Source: Macrostomum lignano (taxonomy: Eukaryota). Taken from it: a stretch of 64,000 bases of DNA. The stretch lies in assembly GCA_002269645.1 (NCBI GenBank), contig NIVC01000392.1, positions 62,001 through 126,000 on the forward strand, given 5' to 3'. Both the position numbers and the translations under genes were made by a program. The notes under the pieces are model-generated. The model did not search any database. It was not told the origin of the DNA and worked only from the letters and a program-made list of their open reading frames with translations. Below, piece by piece: positions 35,201 to 49,273 of the stretch (position 1 is the first letter of the stretch; every line of letters starts with the position of its first letter).

Positions 35201-36223
35201 ATAGCGCCCGCTCAAATGAGAATGTACTTTCTGAATTGAAAGTGCTTCCTCAAATGAAATGGTGCACCTTTAAATGAAATTAGAAACTACTTAAATAAAT
35301 TAGCGCCTACTCAGATGAATTAGCAATTAAAGAATGAGTTTCTCAAAATCAGAAATTTATCAACTCAGAACTCTTGTCAATTTATTTGAAAGCAAAACTG
35401 AGCCCCCCGCTCCTCTCATTACCCTGAATCAAACGATCAATTATTAAAAAAACAAAATAAGATTGGTACTTGGTAGGTAGAGGAACATTAACGAAACTTA
35501 ACAGCCTTAAAGAACACACAATAAGAATTTTTGCGGTATAAAAGTATTATAAGTTGTCATCAATAACCTGATGGGCTAAATCGAGACCTTTAATTCATGT
35601 ATGTATGTTGTAAAGACTTCAATTTATTGTAGATTGGTAGAACGATATACGCTTGATACGAGGAAAGCGACTGCAATTTATATTGTAAATATTGAGCACG
35701 ATACATTGGGTGTATAAGGAGGCTTAATGGTGGAGAGCAAGAGCGGCCAGAATGCAGAGCGTACCTGAGTAAGAATGTACAGCGAAGTATTGCAGAAAGG
35801 TGCACGCAGCGAGAGGGGTAAAACACCACCCCAAAATAAAAACAAGCTAACAAAACTAACAAAAATCCCGCAGCAGTCGGTCACAACAGGCTTCCAGCTG
35901 CCGTCAGCAGCAAAGTCCCTCTTTTAATTATCAGTATTTGCTTCTGACAAGGAGCATTAAAGTACAGGGGTGTTGCAGAATGCAGATCAATTAAACAGAT
36001 AAGTGCAATACCTATTATAATGACATCTGTCGAAGTATTTGTAGCTAGATACAATAGGAATATGCAAGTATTTAGATTGATTTATGTGTAACTGTATAAA
36101 ATATCATTTATACAGTTATGATATTTTATAACTGTATAAATTAATGTTTAACATTAAGTTTAATTTAATTAAGTTTAATTACGTTTAATTAAGTTTAATT
36201 AATGTGGTCGTTGGATAAGCCAA

Positions 36224-39200
36224 TCACGGCACGCAGACGATGATAGTCAGAGGAAACAGCAGCGTCAGAGAGGGCTCTGGTTTGGTGCTGCTTGCATGTT
36301 CCGAGGTTTCCGGGCTGTTCGTCATTGAGGATTGCAGCAGCGGTGTTAGTCTGAAATCAGTTAGCGGGTAATGCAACTCTGATGTGCATGTAAGTAACCT
36401 GTTCGATATACTTAATCAGCCTCCATGATCCTCAGTTGCTGGGCCAGCCTCCCAGATCCTCAGTTGCTGGGTCAGCCTCCCAGATCCTCAGTTGCTGGGC
36501 CAGCCTCCCAGATCCTCAGTTGCTGGGCCAGCCTCCCAGATCCTCAATTGCTGGGCCAGCCTCCCAGATCCTCAGTTGCTGGGCCAGCCTCCCAGATCCT
36601 CAGTTGCTGGGCCACACTTCCAGATCCTCAATTGCTGGGCCAGCCTCCCAGATCCTCAGTTGCTGGGCCACACTTCCAGATCCTCAATTGCTGGGCCAGA
36701 CTCCCAGATCCTCAATTGCTGGGCCAGCCTCCCAGATTCTCAGTTGCTGGGCCAGCCTCCCAGATTCTCAGTTGCTGGGCCAGCCTCCCAGATCCTCAGT
36801 TGCTGGGCCCGCCTCCCAGATTTTAGTTGTTGGACCAGCCTCCCAGATTCTCAGTTGTTGGACCAGCCTCCCAGATTCTCAGTTGTTGGACCAGCCTCCC
36901 AGATTCTCAGTTGTTGGACCAGCCTCCCAGATTCTCAGTTGCTGGGCCAGCCTCCCAGATTCTCAGTTGTTGGACCAGCCTCCCAGATTCTCAGTTGCTG
37001 GGCCAGCCTCCCAGATTCTCAGTTGTTGGACCAGCCTCCCAGATTCTCAGTTGTTGGACCAGCCTCCCAGATTCTCAGTTGTTGGGCCAGCCTCCCAGAT
37101 TCTCAGTTGTTGGGCCAGCCTCCCAGATCCTCAGTTGCTGGGCCAGCCTCCCAAATCCTCAGTTGCTGGGCCAGCCTCCCAGTTTCTCAGTTGCTGGGCC
37201 AGCCTCCCAGATTCTCAGTTGCTGGGCCAGCCTCCCAGATTCTCAGTTGCTGGGCCAGCCTCCCAGATCCTCAGTTGCTGGGCCACCAGCCTCCCAGATC
37301 CTCAGTTGCTGGGCCACCAGCCTCCCAGATCCTCAGTTGCTGGGCCCGCCTCCCAGATTCTCAGTTGTTGGACCACCAGCCTCCCAGATCCTCAGTTGCT
37401 GGGCCACCAGCCTCCCAGATCCTCAGTTGTTGGGCCACCAGCCTCCCAGATCCTCAGTTGTTGGGCCACCAGCCTCCCAGATCCTCAGTTGTTGGGCCAC
37501 CAGCCTCCCAGATCCTCAGTTGCTGGGCCACCAGCCTCCCAGATCCTCAGTTGCTGGGCCACCAGCCTCCCAGATCCTCAGTTGCTGGGCCAGCGCTACC
37601 CTGCTAGGTCTAGAAGCCACAATTGACAAGAATTTAGTACAGTATATATCATTACTTATTAACAAAAACGTTGAGAACATTGACATCGGGACTGGCAGGC
37701 TGCACCCTCTCCAGGTAAGTTTGATATGCCGAGTGGCTTTTCAGATAGGACACAAACTGTGACAGGGTCGTCTCTAGTGGCATTTCTTCTGTTAGTCTGC
37801 GGATTAAATATGTAGCGATTATGTTTTTAAACAGTTGCCCATTACTCTGTCTGCCTCTTATTTCTTTTATGCATAAAATACAAAGAAGAACCAAAGTACC
37901 TGATGCACTTGTTCTCGTTAAACATGGGCAGAGTTTTATAAGCCGTGTCAACCAGTTCGCGTCTGGCATCCCAGTACGGTCCAATGTAGTTTTCACCTTG
38001 AAAGTACTGGAAATACAGGTAATGAAAAGTTAATAGCAATATTAATCTGCTTTAAGTTAATTTTATTATTTTAGCCCATCTTAATAATTCCAAAATCCGT
38101 ACGAAATCTCCTTACAAAAAACAACACATTGATTGATGCTCAATCAGAAATCAAGGAGTCATCGAGATTTTGAACAAGAGTGTCACCAGTTCCTCAGTCA
38201 CTGGTTAGACAAGAGAGTCACCAGTTAGACAAGAGAGTCACCAGTTAGACAAGAGAGTCACTAGTTAGACAAGAGCGTCACCAGTTCCTCAGTCACTGGT
38301 TAGACAAGAGAGTCACCAGTTAGACAAGAGAGTCACCAGTTAGACAAGAGAGTCACCAGTTAGACAAGAGAGTCACCAGTTAGACAAGAGAGTCACCAGT
38401 TAGACAAGAGAGTCACCAGTTAGACAAGAGAGTCACCAGTTAGACAAGAGAGTCACCAGTTAGACAGAGAGTTAAGTGTTGCAAGAGAAGTGGAAGATGA
38501 GATAATATTTGCATATAACTTCGTTTTTTTCACCTCCTGTATGAGTTGATTAGCTCGAATCTCATTTGAACTGTCAACTCCATGCAAGCGAAGTGAGCAG
38601 AAGCCATAGCAGAGCAAAGCCAGTGCACCTGTGGGCTTCAGGCAGCGGCCCACTTCATTATAGAATTTTGGCACATCAAACCAATGTAGCGCCTGAGCCA
38701 CCGTGATCAAATCAGCACTTTTGTCTGGGCATTGAAGACTGTAACAATCGCCTACACTGTGAATAATAATAGATTAAGTAATAAATGATCAATTTAGTAG
38801 AAATATTTAATTAAGTTTAATACTAATTAGCTGTAACTGTAATCACTATATACTCTTTAATTATTATAATTTCTTAATAGCAATGCAATTTTAACCTTGC
38901 AACCAAGTGAAAACAATTGCAAGAAAATGACAATTAAAAGCAATTACAATTACAAAAAATATACTATTACCCTAAATTTAGCATAGTAAGACATTTGGAA
39001 ATGTTTTCTTTGTTACACAATAAATAAATTGTAAATGGAATAAAAGCTCTTATAGACTAATAGTAAAAAGGGATCTTATGTCAACTTAATCTAGCATAGG
39101 ATAGATAATGAGATTTTACATAATGCCTTATCCATTTGTAGTTGCTTCTAATCTACAGTATATACTGTCTGTGTCTGTCTGTCTTTGATGTTTTTTTTTT

Positions 39201-40271
39201 AAATGTGTCAAAAGACAAATTCAGTGGCACCCCATATAAACAAATTTTGGAAGCAAATATCTTGGGAAATACAAAAGACAATCAATGTGTCTAAGCCTAA
39301 AATATCATTAAAAAGCTGACATGTGTCAAGAATTGAAAAAAAGATTCTGTGCAAATTATTGGAGTATAGAGACATAGCAATAAATAAAAGTTTTGGTTGA
39401 AGATTGTTGAAGAACTATAACTTTGATTTATTGCTGCCTCTCTATGCTTCAATCATTTGATCTAAAACTTTTATCAATTCTTGACGCATGTTTTAGCTTT
39501 GCAATGATATCTTAGATATATAATTGTCTTCTGCTAAATATTAAAAAAGGATAATATTTCAAGATAATAGTTCAAATATGAACTATTTTAAAACAATTTT
39601 AAAAAATTCAAATGGCCCCTATACTATAGGCTATAGTCTATAAGGGGCTTAATATGCCAGTTGTAGACTTTTGTCACTTTCTTTTACTGATAATAATAAT
39701 ATAATATTTAAAACAATATTAAACACATTAAATGCAACAAGCAATAACTTTTTTTCATTATTTAGTTACAATAGCTTACTGAAACTCGATATTATTTGAT
39801 GCTGAAAATGTGCTCTGTGCAGCAGATATCTGTGTGGTACTTGCATCACTTGCAATGACTTTTGCAAAATAGATGCCCAATAATTCTGTTAGCTGGCCAG
39901 ATCCACAACCAACATCGAGCGCTAAACCAGATTTCTAAAATCAGAGAAGTTAAATTTCGCCTTTATTATAAAATTTTCCTTTATAAAGTGTAGCCAAAAA
40001 GCTACATATATGATATACTCAGGAAAATACTAAAAATTTGAGTACAGTTACAGAGATTCACATGCCAACATTTTAGAAATCATCTATTATTTTTAAAAGA
40101 AAAAATACGCACTTTAAACTCTTCCACATCAAGATTATCATGAATCCTTCCATTCAAAGAAATTAGTTGCTTCCATGCCATGAAAATTGATTTCATCACT
40201 TTTTTAGGATATCTTGGCCTTGCTGCTCTATAAAAGTTGGAAAGGCTTGAACCAACAAATAAATTTCTCAT
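36224..40271 (-). CDS. Class I SAM-dependent methyltransferase (Methyltransf_11-like), 6 exons, about 319 aa
   Basis: Exons 40271-40113, 39934-39780, 38756-38534, 38006-37900, 37796-37656, 36398-36224; all GT-AG with matching phases; motifs YRAARPRYP, LALDVGCGSGQ and SADLITVAQALHWFD. Confidence 0.9.
36427..37592. repeat. 28-bp (then 31-bp) tandem array filling methyltransferase intron 5
   Basis: GATCCTCAGTTGCTGGGCCAGCCTCCCA; a CCA insertion dominates after about 37280. Confidence 0.96.
38205..38465. repeat. 20-bp tandem repeat in methyltransferase intron 3
   Basis: TAGACAAGAGAGTCACCAGT units. Confidence 0.93.
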
Positions 40272-40801
40272 TGCTGGACAATTTCTGAATTTAAAGTATC
40301 TTTAAAAGGAATCGGAAGGGGGAAAAGTATAGGAAAGAAACGTTATTAAGATAACACTACAGTAGCAACTGGAACTACTTCTTACGTCTTTCTAGTAAAA
40401 CTTACATATTGAAATACAACACGATTTGACAAAAGTTATAACAAAAATTTCTTTGTTTGTAGTAAATATAAGGACTTGAACTTGGTAAAAATTAATTCTT
40501 TATTACACATTTATTTTCATCAGTGCGATAAAAATGTTTAATAATTGAATTTAATTCTTTTCTGTAGAGGATTCCCTAAAATCATCACGTGTCGCCTGAT
40601 AGGATTCCCTCCATGCAGCTGGCGCATGCTTGGTTAGCTATAATTACGCTTGTTCAAACCTTCGTCTGCTAAGTTAGAAGGCACTAAGATCAAGAAAACA
40701 GCGTGAAGGCTATATTCGTTGGACACTTTTTACTTTTTTGGTACTTATCTTTTTAAACTAGCAAATTTGTAAAGCTTAGAAGAGTTCGATAGCTATGAAA
40801 A
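40272..40801. promoter_or_regulatory. Probable bidirectional promoter region
   Basis: 530 bp between divergent ATGs at 40271 (-) and 40802 (+). Confidence 0.55.
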
Positions 40802-43691
40802 ATGGTTCTGGATGGCAGCTTCGCTCATGTTGTCGCTGGAGGGTAAGCAGTGTTGTGTTTGTATTTTGTATTGTAGTACAGTCAGTAGGCCTAGTATTTG
40901 GTCAAACCGGTTTCATTTTTAAATCTGTCAGTGACATGCTTATAAATGTTTCTCCCCGTTTTTTTCACTTTTCAGCTTAGCTGGCACCACTGGAGCTGTG
41001 CTCACTTCACCACTTGAGATTGTGAAAACCCGCTTACAAAGCTCTGTCACCCATTGGCAATGGCACAATGGTATTAGCAATGGACATTCGCCAGTATCTT
41101 CTACTACTGGTTATGCAACATCATCATCAGCTGCTAGGACGATGCTTAAGATACCACCTAATTGGATTGGACTACAACCAGCTATGGCTGCTACATGCTA
41201 TTCACAGGTTGGTTTTTGTTTTAAAACCTCACTATATGTTATATTGTTTATATTAATTAAGTGAATGCATGTCATGAATCAAAATTTTATTAGCATACCA
41301 GTATAAGAGTATACTATAAAAATTTGCATAACCTAAAGTCCCATCTCCTATCAAAGCATAAATACAAAAAAACATAAGTTTATAACATAATCAATGCATT
41401 TATTTATGTCCATTGCATGCATAATAGATTATTGTTAGATGAATACTAGGAATCAAGTGCCTCCCTTTGGCCTATGGGATGCAGTACAGTTTTATTTTTC
41501 GCCAGATACAAGGTTCAAAATTGCACCCTATGCTCAATTTCAAGGTGCAAATTTAAGACTAAGAGTGCAATTTCTCTTTTTTCTTATTTAAAGGCAGTGC
41601 AACTGAGGCTTCAACAAAAATAGGTTATGAGACTGCACCTAAACTGCACCCACTTTTTAAAATTTAGGGTGCATATGCACACTGCACAAAAAATAAACCC
41701 AGGGGTGCCCAGTAAACAAGGAGCAAAAATAATTCATGCAAATCCATTAAAAAGTCATGTATTTTCTTAATAACCAATTCCTTCTACAGTTTTATAAATC
41801 ACCTTATTCAAGTAAAATTGTCATAGATATTAGATATTGACTTTTTTCAATTCCCTTGCCAAATTGTATTTAGGCAACCTGCTCCGAGGTCAACAAGATG
41901 GCCGCAGTCAGTCGAATGTCTGTACTGCAGTGCATTCGCTACATTCGACACACTGAAGGCATCCGAGGCCTGTTCAAAGGCCTCAGCATGACCATACTGG
42001 GCGTGCTACCCTCTCGAGCTTTCTACTTTGGCGCCTACGTCAATGGACAAGAGATGCTATCGGAGCTGCTTCCCCGTGGTTCCCATGGCAACAACTGTTT
42101 GGCAGCTGCATTCGCCGGTTTTGTTTCTCTGACTTGCACAAATCCGATTTGGCTAGTCAAGACTCGAATGCAGTTGGATCAGAGGTGCTTATTAAATCTA
42201 ATTGTTTATTAGTCACCTTGTGGATAGATTTTTTCTATTCTATATTAAATTAGAGAGGAATTTTCCATTGCTAATTTAATATAGTCATGCTGTATGCGCG
42301 TGCAAATGGGTGCAGTGCAGATCTAGTAGAGCTGTACCAGTGTCTATGCCGTGTGTACTATTTATAATTCTAGATTGTACAGTGTATAGAGAAATGCTAG
42401 CTAGTGTTTCTTTACACCCACCCTAGCTAGCTAGTTTAAACTAGTTTTATACTCTTAACTATTTTACTTGCACTTGATCAATGTGGTATCTTTTTTCAGT
42501 TGAACTCGGCGCAATCTTATTCACATTCACAATATCTAACATTATATTTGCAGCCCAAAGTCCCAGTCGCTAAGCGCTATCCGTTGCATTCGAACCGTGT
42601 GGCGTCAGAACGGCTTTCTAGGCTTCTATCGCGGCATTCAAGCCTCCTATTTGGGCATAGCCGAAACTTCTCTACATTTCGTTGTGTACGAAGACTTGAA
42701 AAGGCGATTATTGAGATGGTCGCGCGGTGTTGACAGCGTCGTTGTTGGTGTTAGTCGAGCCGACGAAGTGTTTTATTGTTCGATTGCTAGCACCTGTTCT
42801 AAGTCGTTCGCCACTTGCGTCTGCTATCCGCATGGTAAAGTTTTACTACTTTGGGGACAAGGGTTGCGAAATTCTACCTGAACATTCTCAATCCCAATCC
42901 AGGGCACAGGATGCAGGCTTTCTCACATTCCTCTTTTCTCTCGTTTCCCCAAGGCCACAAAAGGCCCAGGCCCCGTACGCTCGAACTTTAGATCTCTCTC
43001 CCTCACCCGTTCCCTGCTAAGATTTAGCTTCATTGCAATTTAGGTTAAAACACAGTCTGTCCTTGCCCTCAGTTATAAAACCAAGCCCGCCAAGGCCTTT
43101 GAACGACCTTGGGACGCCCCCCCCATGCACGCCCCCGTCCCTCCCCCCTATATGCTAGTTCTAATTGGGCTGTAGGAAACCCTCTCCGTTCTAAAAATAG
43201 CTCCTGTTTACCAGCCCTCCGTACCAAAGTACACACGGGTTTGGACCACGCGGCCGCCGCGTGAAAAAGCACGAGACTTTAAGCTTGGCGGGGGTGTTGG
43301 GCTTAGGGGCTTGTTCTGCTTGGGTGTGGCGGACTGACGGGTATTGGAGTGTGGAAAATAGCTAACAGCATACGCCGCATACATTTTAAGATTTTATTTT
43401 TTCCTCTTGAAGTAGCTGTAGCTTCTCTTTTTTATACGCTGTATATAAGAGGCTAATATGTATTCTGTTACCTAATTTTCAGAGGTACTGCGCACTCGAC
43501 TCAGACAGGAGGGCAACAAATACCGTGGCTTATTTCAAACCTTCCGCCTCATCATAACCGAAGAGGGCCCGCGCGCCCTCTACCGCGGCATGCTGACCCA
43601 TTTTATGCGTCAGATTCCCAACACTTGCATTGTGCTGACCACCTACGAGGGCGTACTTTATTTCTTTCGCGAGCACAAGCTGCTGCTGTGA
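40802..43691 (+). CDS. SLC25A36: Mitochondrial pyrimidine nucleotide carrier (SLC25A33/SLC25A36/Rim2 family), 5 exons
   Basis: Exons 40802-40842, 40976-41207, 41874-42184, 42554-42834, 43483-43691; three carrier motifs [20 protein letters not shown] and [10 protein letters not shown]; SLC25A33 versus SLC25A36 orthology not resolved. Confidence 0.9.
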
Positions 43692-45126
43692 AACCGCAAA
43701 CTGTTTGAAAAGGACCACGTTTTGTGACCACCGTGACCCCACCCGTCCTCCCTTGTCGCTGTCTTATCTACTCTACCTCTTTCTTGTCACCCCGCATAAC
43801 TCCGCATAAATTCGAAACCATTGCATTCTCAAAATGCTGTATTGCATGAATTTGTTCCTGACATTATCGATTTGATTGAGGAGATTTTTGCTCAGAAAGC
43901 TGGCATTTTTTTAATTAAAAAAACAACAAAAAATCAGTCTTGTTAAACGGGCTTGTGCACAGTTACGAATTTCATTATTTATGCTTCCTTGTCTTCATTC
44001 ATAACTGCATAGTTGCTTTCATATTTCTGTATTAATAAATGCTGTACAGTAATCTTATATTATCCATCCAAGTTCGTTTGCTCTGTTTGCTTGTTATAAA
44101 TATTGTCTGTACATACTTGTATTTTTCATATTTTTGAAAGAAATCTTTTTGCTCAGCCAGTCAGTCGCCTGCTGATTAATTAATATTATGGATTTTTATG
44201 ATGTGCTTGTGAGCTTTGTGATGGATGCCCATTGGTTTTGAGTTAAATATGTGAATTGGAATATATTTGCACCGGATTCTGATGTTGAACCTTCTTATTT
44301 TGTCCACTCGTACATGACCCAAGCCCAGTGCTTTAATTATTTTTTTATTCTTATTAATTAAAGTATAACATTGTCATCATCTTCTGACACCCTGTGTGCT
44401 TTTTTTGTTTGTCAAAAAACAACTGCTTGAGCTTGTTTGCTTCACCCTAAACCCTAAGAAGTTGTTTAATTGTTTTTTTAGTAATCATATTGTAGTAAGT
44501 TTAAAATCTGTTTTTTTATAAATACCAATCATTTGTCTGCCTGCCCTGTCTTATTGTTATTTATAATTTATTTTTATTAATTAACAGCCGTGATGCCAAT
44601 TGTTAATGAAATAAAATAATTTTTACATATATAACAAAATGCATACAGTACGTTGTTTATCAATTTTCTGGTCGTCGTGTCGCGGTCTCAGAAGACAAAT
44701 GCTAAAAGTTGAAGTCTATCTGACTTCAAGTTCGCCCAATTTCCCCAATTCTATTAATGGCACAATTTGTTTTAAACTTTAGTGTCGTTAATTTAATGCA
44801 CAGTTATGTCAATTTTTTGTTACAATTGTGAACATCAGTCTGCAACACTGGTCCTGTGAAATAAATCAATTATTTTTTCAGTTCTCATTTTTCTTGTTAG
44901 CTTTGAAAGTAACTGTTGGCTGCAATGCAATGTTTTTTTCGTTTCTTTCTTCAGCAGATAGCGATTATCTAATTTCTATTTTTAGACCCATAAGTCTGAT
45001 AGCAGCTTAGCAATATTTTGGCTATAGTTAAATTATATCTTCAAGATTACAGGCGAGAGACATTTATTGCTGTTTGAAATGCATCGAAAGATAAAAGTGT
45101 TGAAGCACAGAACTTTTACAGTCAGT

Positions 45127-46179
45127 GTGACTACTCAACGCTGAATTGGTTTTGTGGGTGAGTTCAGTGACTGCTCAACACTGAATTGGTTTTGTGGGTG
45201 AGTTCAGTGACTGCTCAACACTGAATTGGTTTTGTGGGTGAGTTCAGTGACTGCTCAACACTGAATTGGTTTTGTGGGTGAGTTCAGTGACTGCTCAACA
45301 CTGAATTGGTTTTGTGGGTGAGTTCAGTGACTGCTCAACACTGAATTGGTTTTGTGGGTGAGTTCAGTGACTGCTCAACACTGAATTGGTTTTGTGGGTG
45401 AGTTCAGTGACTGCTCAACACTGAATTGGTTTTGTGGGTGAGTTCAGTGACTGCTCAACACTGAATTGGTTTTGTGGGTGAGTTCAGTGACTGCTCAACA
45501 CTGAATTGGTTTTGTGGGTGAGTTCAGTGACTGCTCAACACTGAATTGGTTTTGTGGGTGAGTTCAGTGACTGCTCAACACTGAATTGGTTTTGTGGGTG
45601 AGTTCAGTGACTGCTCAACACTGAATTGGTTTTGTGGGTGAGTTCAGTGACTGCTCAGCACTGAATTGGTTTTGTGGGTGAGTTCAGTGACTGCTCAACA
45701 CTGAATTGGTTTTGTGGGTGAGTTCAGTGACTGCTCAACACTGAATTGGTTTTGTGGGTGAGTTCAGTGACTGCTCAACACTGAATTGGTTTTGTGGGTG
45801 AGTTCAGTGACTGCTCAACACTGAATTGGTTTTGTGGGTGAGTTCAGTGACTGCTCAACACTGAATTGGTTTTGTGGGTGAGTTCAGTGACTGCTCAACA
45901 CTGAATTGGTTTTGTGGGTGAGTTCAGTGACTGCTCAACACTGAATTGGTTTTGTGGGTGAGTTCAGTGACTGCTCAACACTGAATTGGTTTTGTGGGTG
46001 AGTTCAGTGACTGCTCAACACTGAATTGGTTTTGTGGGTGAGTTCAGTGACTGCTCAACACTGAATTGGTTTTGTGGGTGAGTTCAGTGACTGCTCAACA
46101 CTGAATTGGTTTTGTGGGTGAGTTCAGTGACTGCTCAACACTGAATTGGTTTTGTGGGTGAGTTCAGTGACTGCTCAGC
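45127..46179. repeat. Near-perfect 40-bp minisatellite, about 26 copies
   Basis: CTGAATTGGTTTTGTGGGTGAGTTCAGTGACTGCTCAACA; one internal variant seen (about 45658). Confidence 0.98.
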
Positions 46180-47004
46180 AGACTATAGAAGCGGTACGTA
46201 CTGCATATCACGACTTAATTAATTAGAAAATTCTAGAAAAGATAGACTGGGTAATTAAAACAGTCGATCTTGCTATCTCTGCTCTATTTTTATATGAAGC
46301 GAACAGCATTATGCAGACCCCGGCCGAATCATCAAACGCATGCATGAATAAATTCTGGGTTTGAAATAATTTTACACAGAACCACACGCGCATTTCGGCT
46401 TATTTTTAACATTGGGAGGCGAACGTGAAGAATGTGTATAAACAAGTCTGCCGGCTAGCAGTGTGCACTGTATACCAGCTACATGCATGTTTTCACCTGC
46501 ATGGAGAACTGTAAAATCTCGAGTGCGCTATGAGCGAGCGCTATTGGTCCACTTTTAGTATTATAAAAAAAGAAACAGGAAATACAAATTCCGCTAGCAA
46601 TATTCGCATCAGCCTACTTCGGTTCGTCAACGACCATTTCAGTCTGCGTAAACAGACTTATTGAGAGATTATGACTGCGAAATTGTTGTCACAAAAATAA
46701 TTTAATTGTTCTCTTATCTGCGTTTTATAGTCACGTGTGTGTCTAAACCGCTCGTGTGTGTACTTTATGTCTGGAAAGTATACCATTTTGCACTTCCCGT
46801 GGCCTACGTACACAGGTGGCCATTTTCCCCATGGATTATATTGGGGGAGACATACGAAACCAATAATTCTAAACTAGCTTCCATACGAAAAATCTTGATA
46901 TTATTTTTGGGAATCGCGTTTGTTCTTACTGATTTTTGGCACCGCAAACACTCATTTTGGCGCCACAGGCACTCATTTTGGTGCAACAGGTGCTCCAAGA
47001 GTTT

Positions 47005-47265
47005 TTAGCACCAGGGGCTTTAGCACCAGGGGCTTTAGCACCAGGGGCTTTAGCACCAGGGGCTTTAGCACCAGGGGCTTTAGCACCAGGGGCTTTAGCA
47101 CCAGGGGCTTTAGCACCAGGGGCTTTAGCACCAGGGGCTCTAGCACCATGGGGCACCAGCACCAGGGGCTTTATCACCAGGGGCACCAGCACCAGGGGCT
47201 TTAGCACCAGGGGCACCAGCACCAGGGGCTTTAGCACCAGGGGCGCCAGCACCAGGGGCACCAGC
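47005..47265. repeat. 15-bp tandem repeat
   Basis: CACCAGGGGCTTTAG units. Confidence 0.95.
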
Positions 47266-47850
47266 TCAACTAACTGCCTGTAATGATTGAAGCGTTCTTC
47301 ACTGCTATATTGCACATAGGTCGTATACCGGTACTGGCTAATTAGATTAGGTAAGTTGGTTTTTCTGTTATTCAATAATACGCTCGTGCATGTACGTACT
47401 GTCTCAAAATTTGCACATTTAGCATGATTTTTGGAATTGCCTTTTTTCCTTCAAAGTAGTTTTGCTTGTCCAAGTTCAAAAAACAGAATGGGCCGGTGTG
47501 TTGTGTTGATGACAATTAAAGAAGAAAAGCGACCGTCTTTCAGGTGCGAATAAACAGATGGATCACATTCAGATTGATTATGTTTATTTGTTCTAGATAG
47601 CAACTTTATTACATATTCCGTCTCGGGGGCGAGAGCAAAGCTGCGTGAGCAATGTCCACTTTATCAGTATTTTTACATCCTACGTACTCCTTGTACGAGT
47701 GCGCGCTAATAACTGATAAAAACTAAAAACAACTGCGATGTATCTTACAGAAAGGAGCGGTTGATTTCATCACGTGAATGTGTTTTTTTCAGATATCCGC
47801 GTGACCTTAGATAACAGTTTGGTCAAGTTTTGTAACACTTCTCGCAAAAT

Positions 47851-49273
47851 CCCTGACACAAATTTAGCATTTCTGACACCAATTTAGCATCCCTGACACC
47901 TATTTAGCATCCCTGACACCTATTTAGCATCCCTGACCCCTATTTAGCATTCCTGACACCTATTTAGCATTTCTAACACCAATTTAGCATCCCTGACACC
48001 TATTTAGCATTCCTGACACCTATTTAGCATCCCTGACACCTATTTAGCATTCCTGACACCTATTTAGCATCCCTGACCCCTATTTAGCATCCCTGACCCC
48101 TATTTAGCATCCCTGACACCTATTTAGCATCCCTGACACCTATTTAGCATCTCTGACACCTATTTAGCATCCCTGACACCTATTTAGCATCCCTGACACC
48201 TATTTAGCATCCCTGACACAAATTTAGCATATCCGACACAAATTTAGCATCCCTGACACAAATTTAGCATCTCTGACACCTATTTAGCATTTTTGACACC
48301 TATTTAGCATCCCTGACACCTATTTAGCATCCCTGACACCTATTTAGCATCCCTGACACCTATTTAGCATCCCTGACACAAATTTAGCATATCTGACACA
48401 AATTTAGCATCCCTGACACAAATTTAGCATATCTGACACAAATTTAGCATCCCTGACACAAATTTAGCATCCCTGACACAAATTTAGCATATCTGACACC
48501 AATTATTTAGCATATCTGACACCTATTTAGCATCCCTGACACCTATTTAGCATCCCTGACACAAATGTAGCATATCTGACACAAATTTAGCATCCCTGAC
48601 ACAAATTTAGCATATCTGACACAAATTTAGCATCCCTGACACCTATTTAGCATCCCTGACACCTATTTAGCATCCCTGACACCTATTTAGCATCCCTGAC
48701 ACAAATTTAGCATCCCTGACACAAATTTAGCATCCCTGACACAAATTTAGCATATCTGACACAAATTTAGCATCCCTGACACAAATTTAGCATATCTGAC
48801 ACCAATTTAGCATATCTGACACCTATTTAGCATCCCTGACACCTATTTAGCATCCCTGACACCTATTTAGCATCCCTGACACCTATTTAGCATCCCTGAC
48901 ACAAATGTAGCATATCTGACACAAATTTAGCATCCCTGACACAAATTTAGCATTTCTGACACAAATTTAGCATCCCTGACACCTATTTAGCATCCCTGAC
49001 ACCTATTTAGCATCCCTGACACCTATTTAGCATATCTGACACCTATTTAGCATCCCTGACACCTATTTAGCATCCCTGACACCTATTTAGCATCCCTGAC
49101 ACCTATTTAGCATCCCTGACACCTATTTAGCATCCCTGACACCTATTTAGCATCCCTGACACCTATTTAGCATCTCTGACACCTATTTAGAATTTTTGAC
49201 ACCTATTTAGCATCCCTGACACCTATTTAGCATTCCTGACACCTATTTAGAATTTTTGACACCAATTTAGCAT
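47851..49273. repeat. 20-bp minisatellite, about 70 copies
   Basis: CCTGACACCTATTTAGCATC / CTGACACAAATTTAGCAT variants. Confidence 0.97.

Noticed and set aside
33869-35215. 434-aa and 448-aa ORFs on both strands
   Set aside because: Produced by the 21-bp (7-codon) stop-free satellite; no unique domain, and other frames are also open
36425-37762. Three overlapping 300-400-aa plus-strand ORFs
   Set aside because: Translations of the 28-bp array in an intron of a minus-strand gene
45127-46179. CRISPR-like regular repeat
   Set aside because: No unique spacers, eukaryotic context, no cas genes
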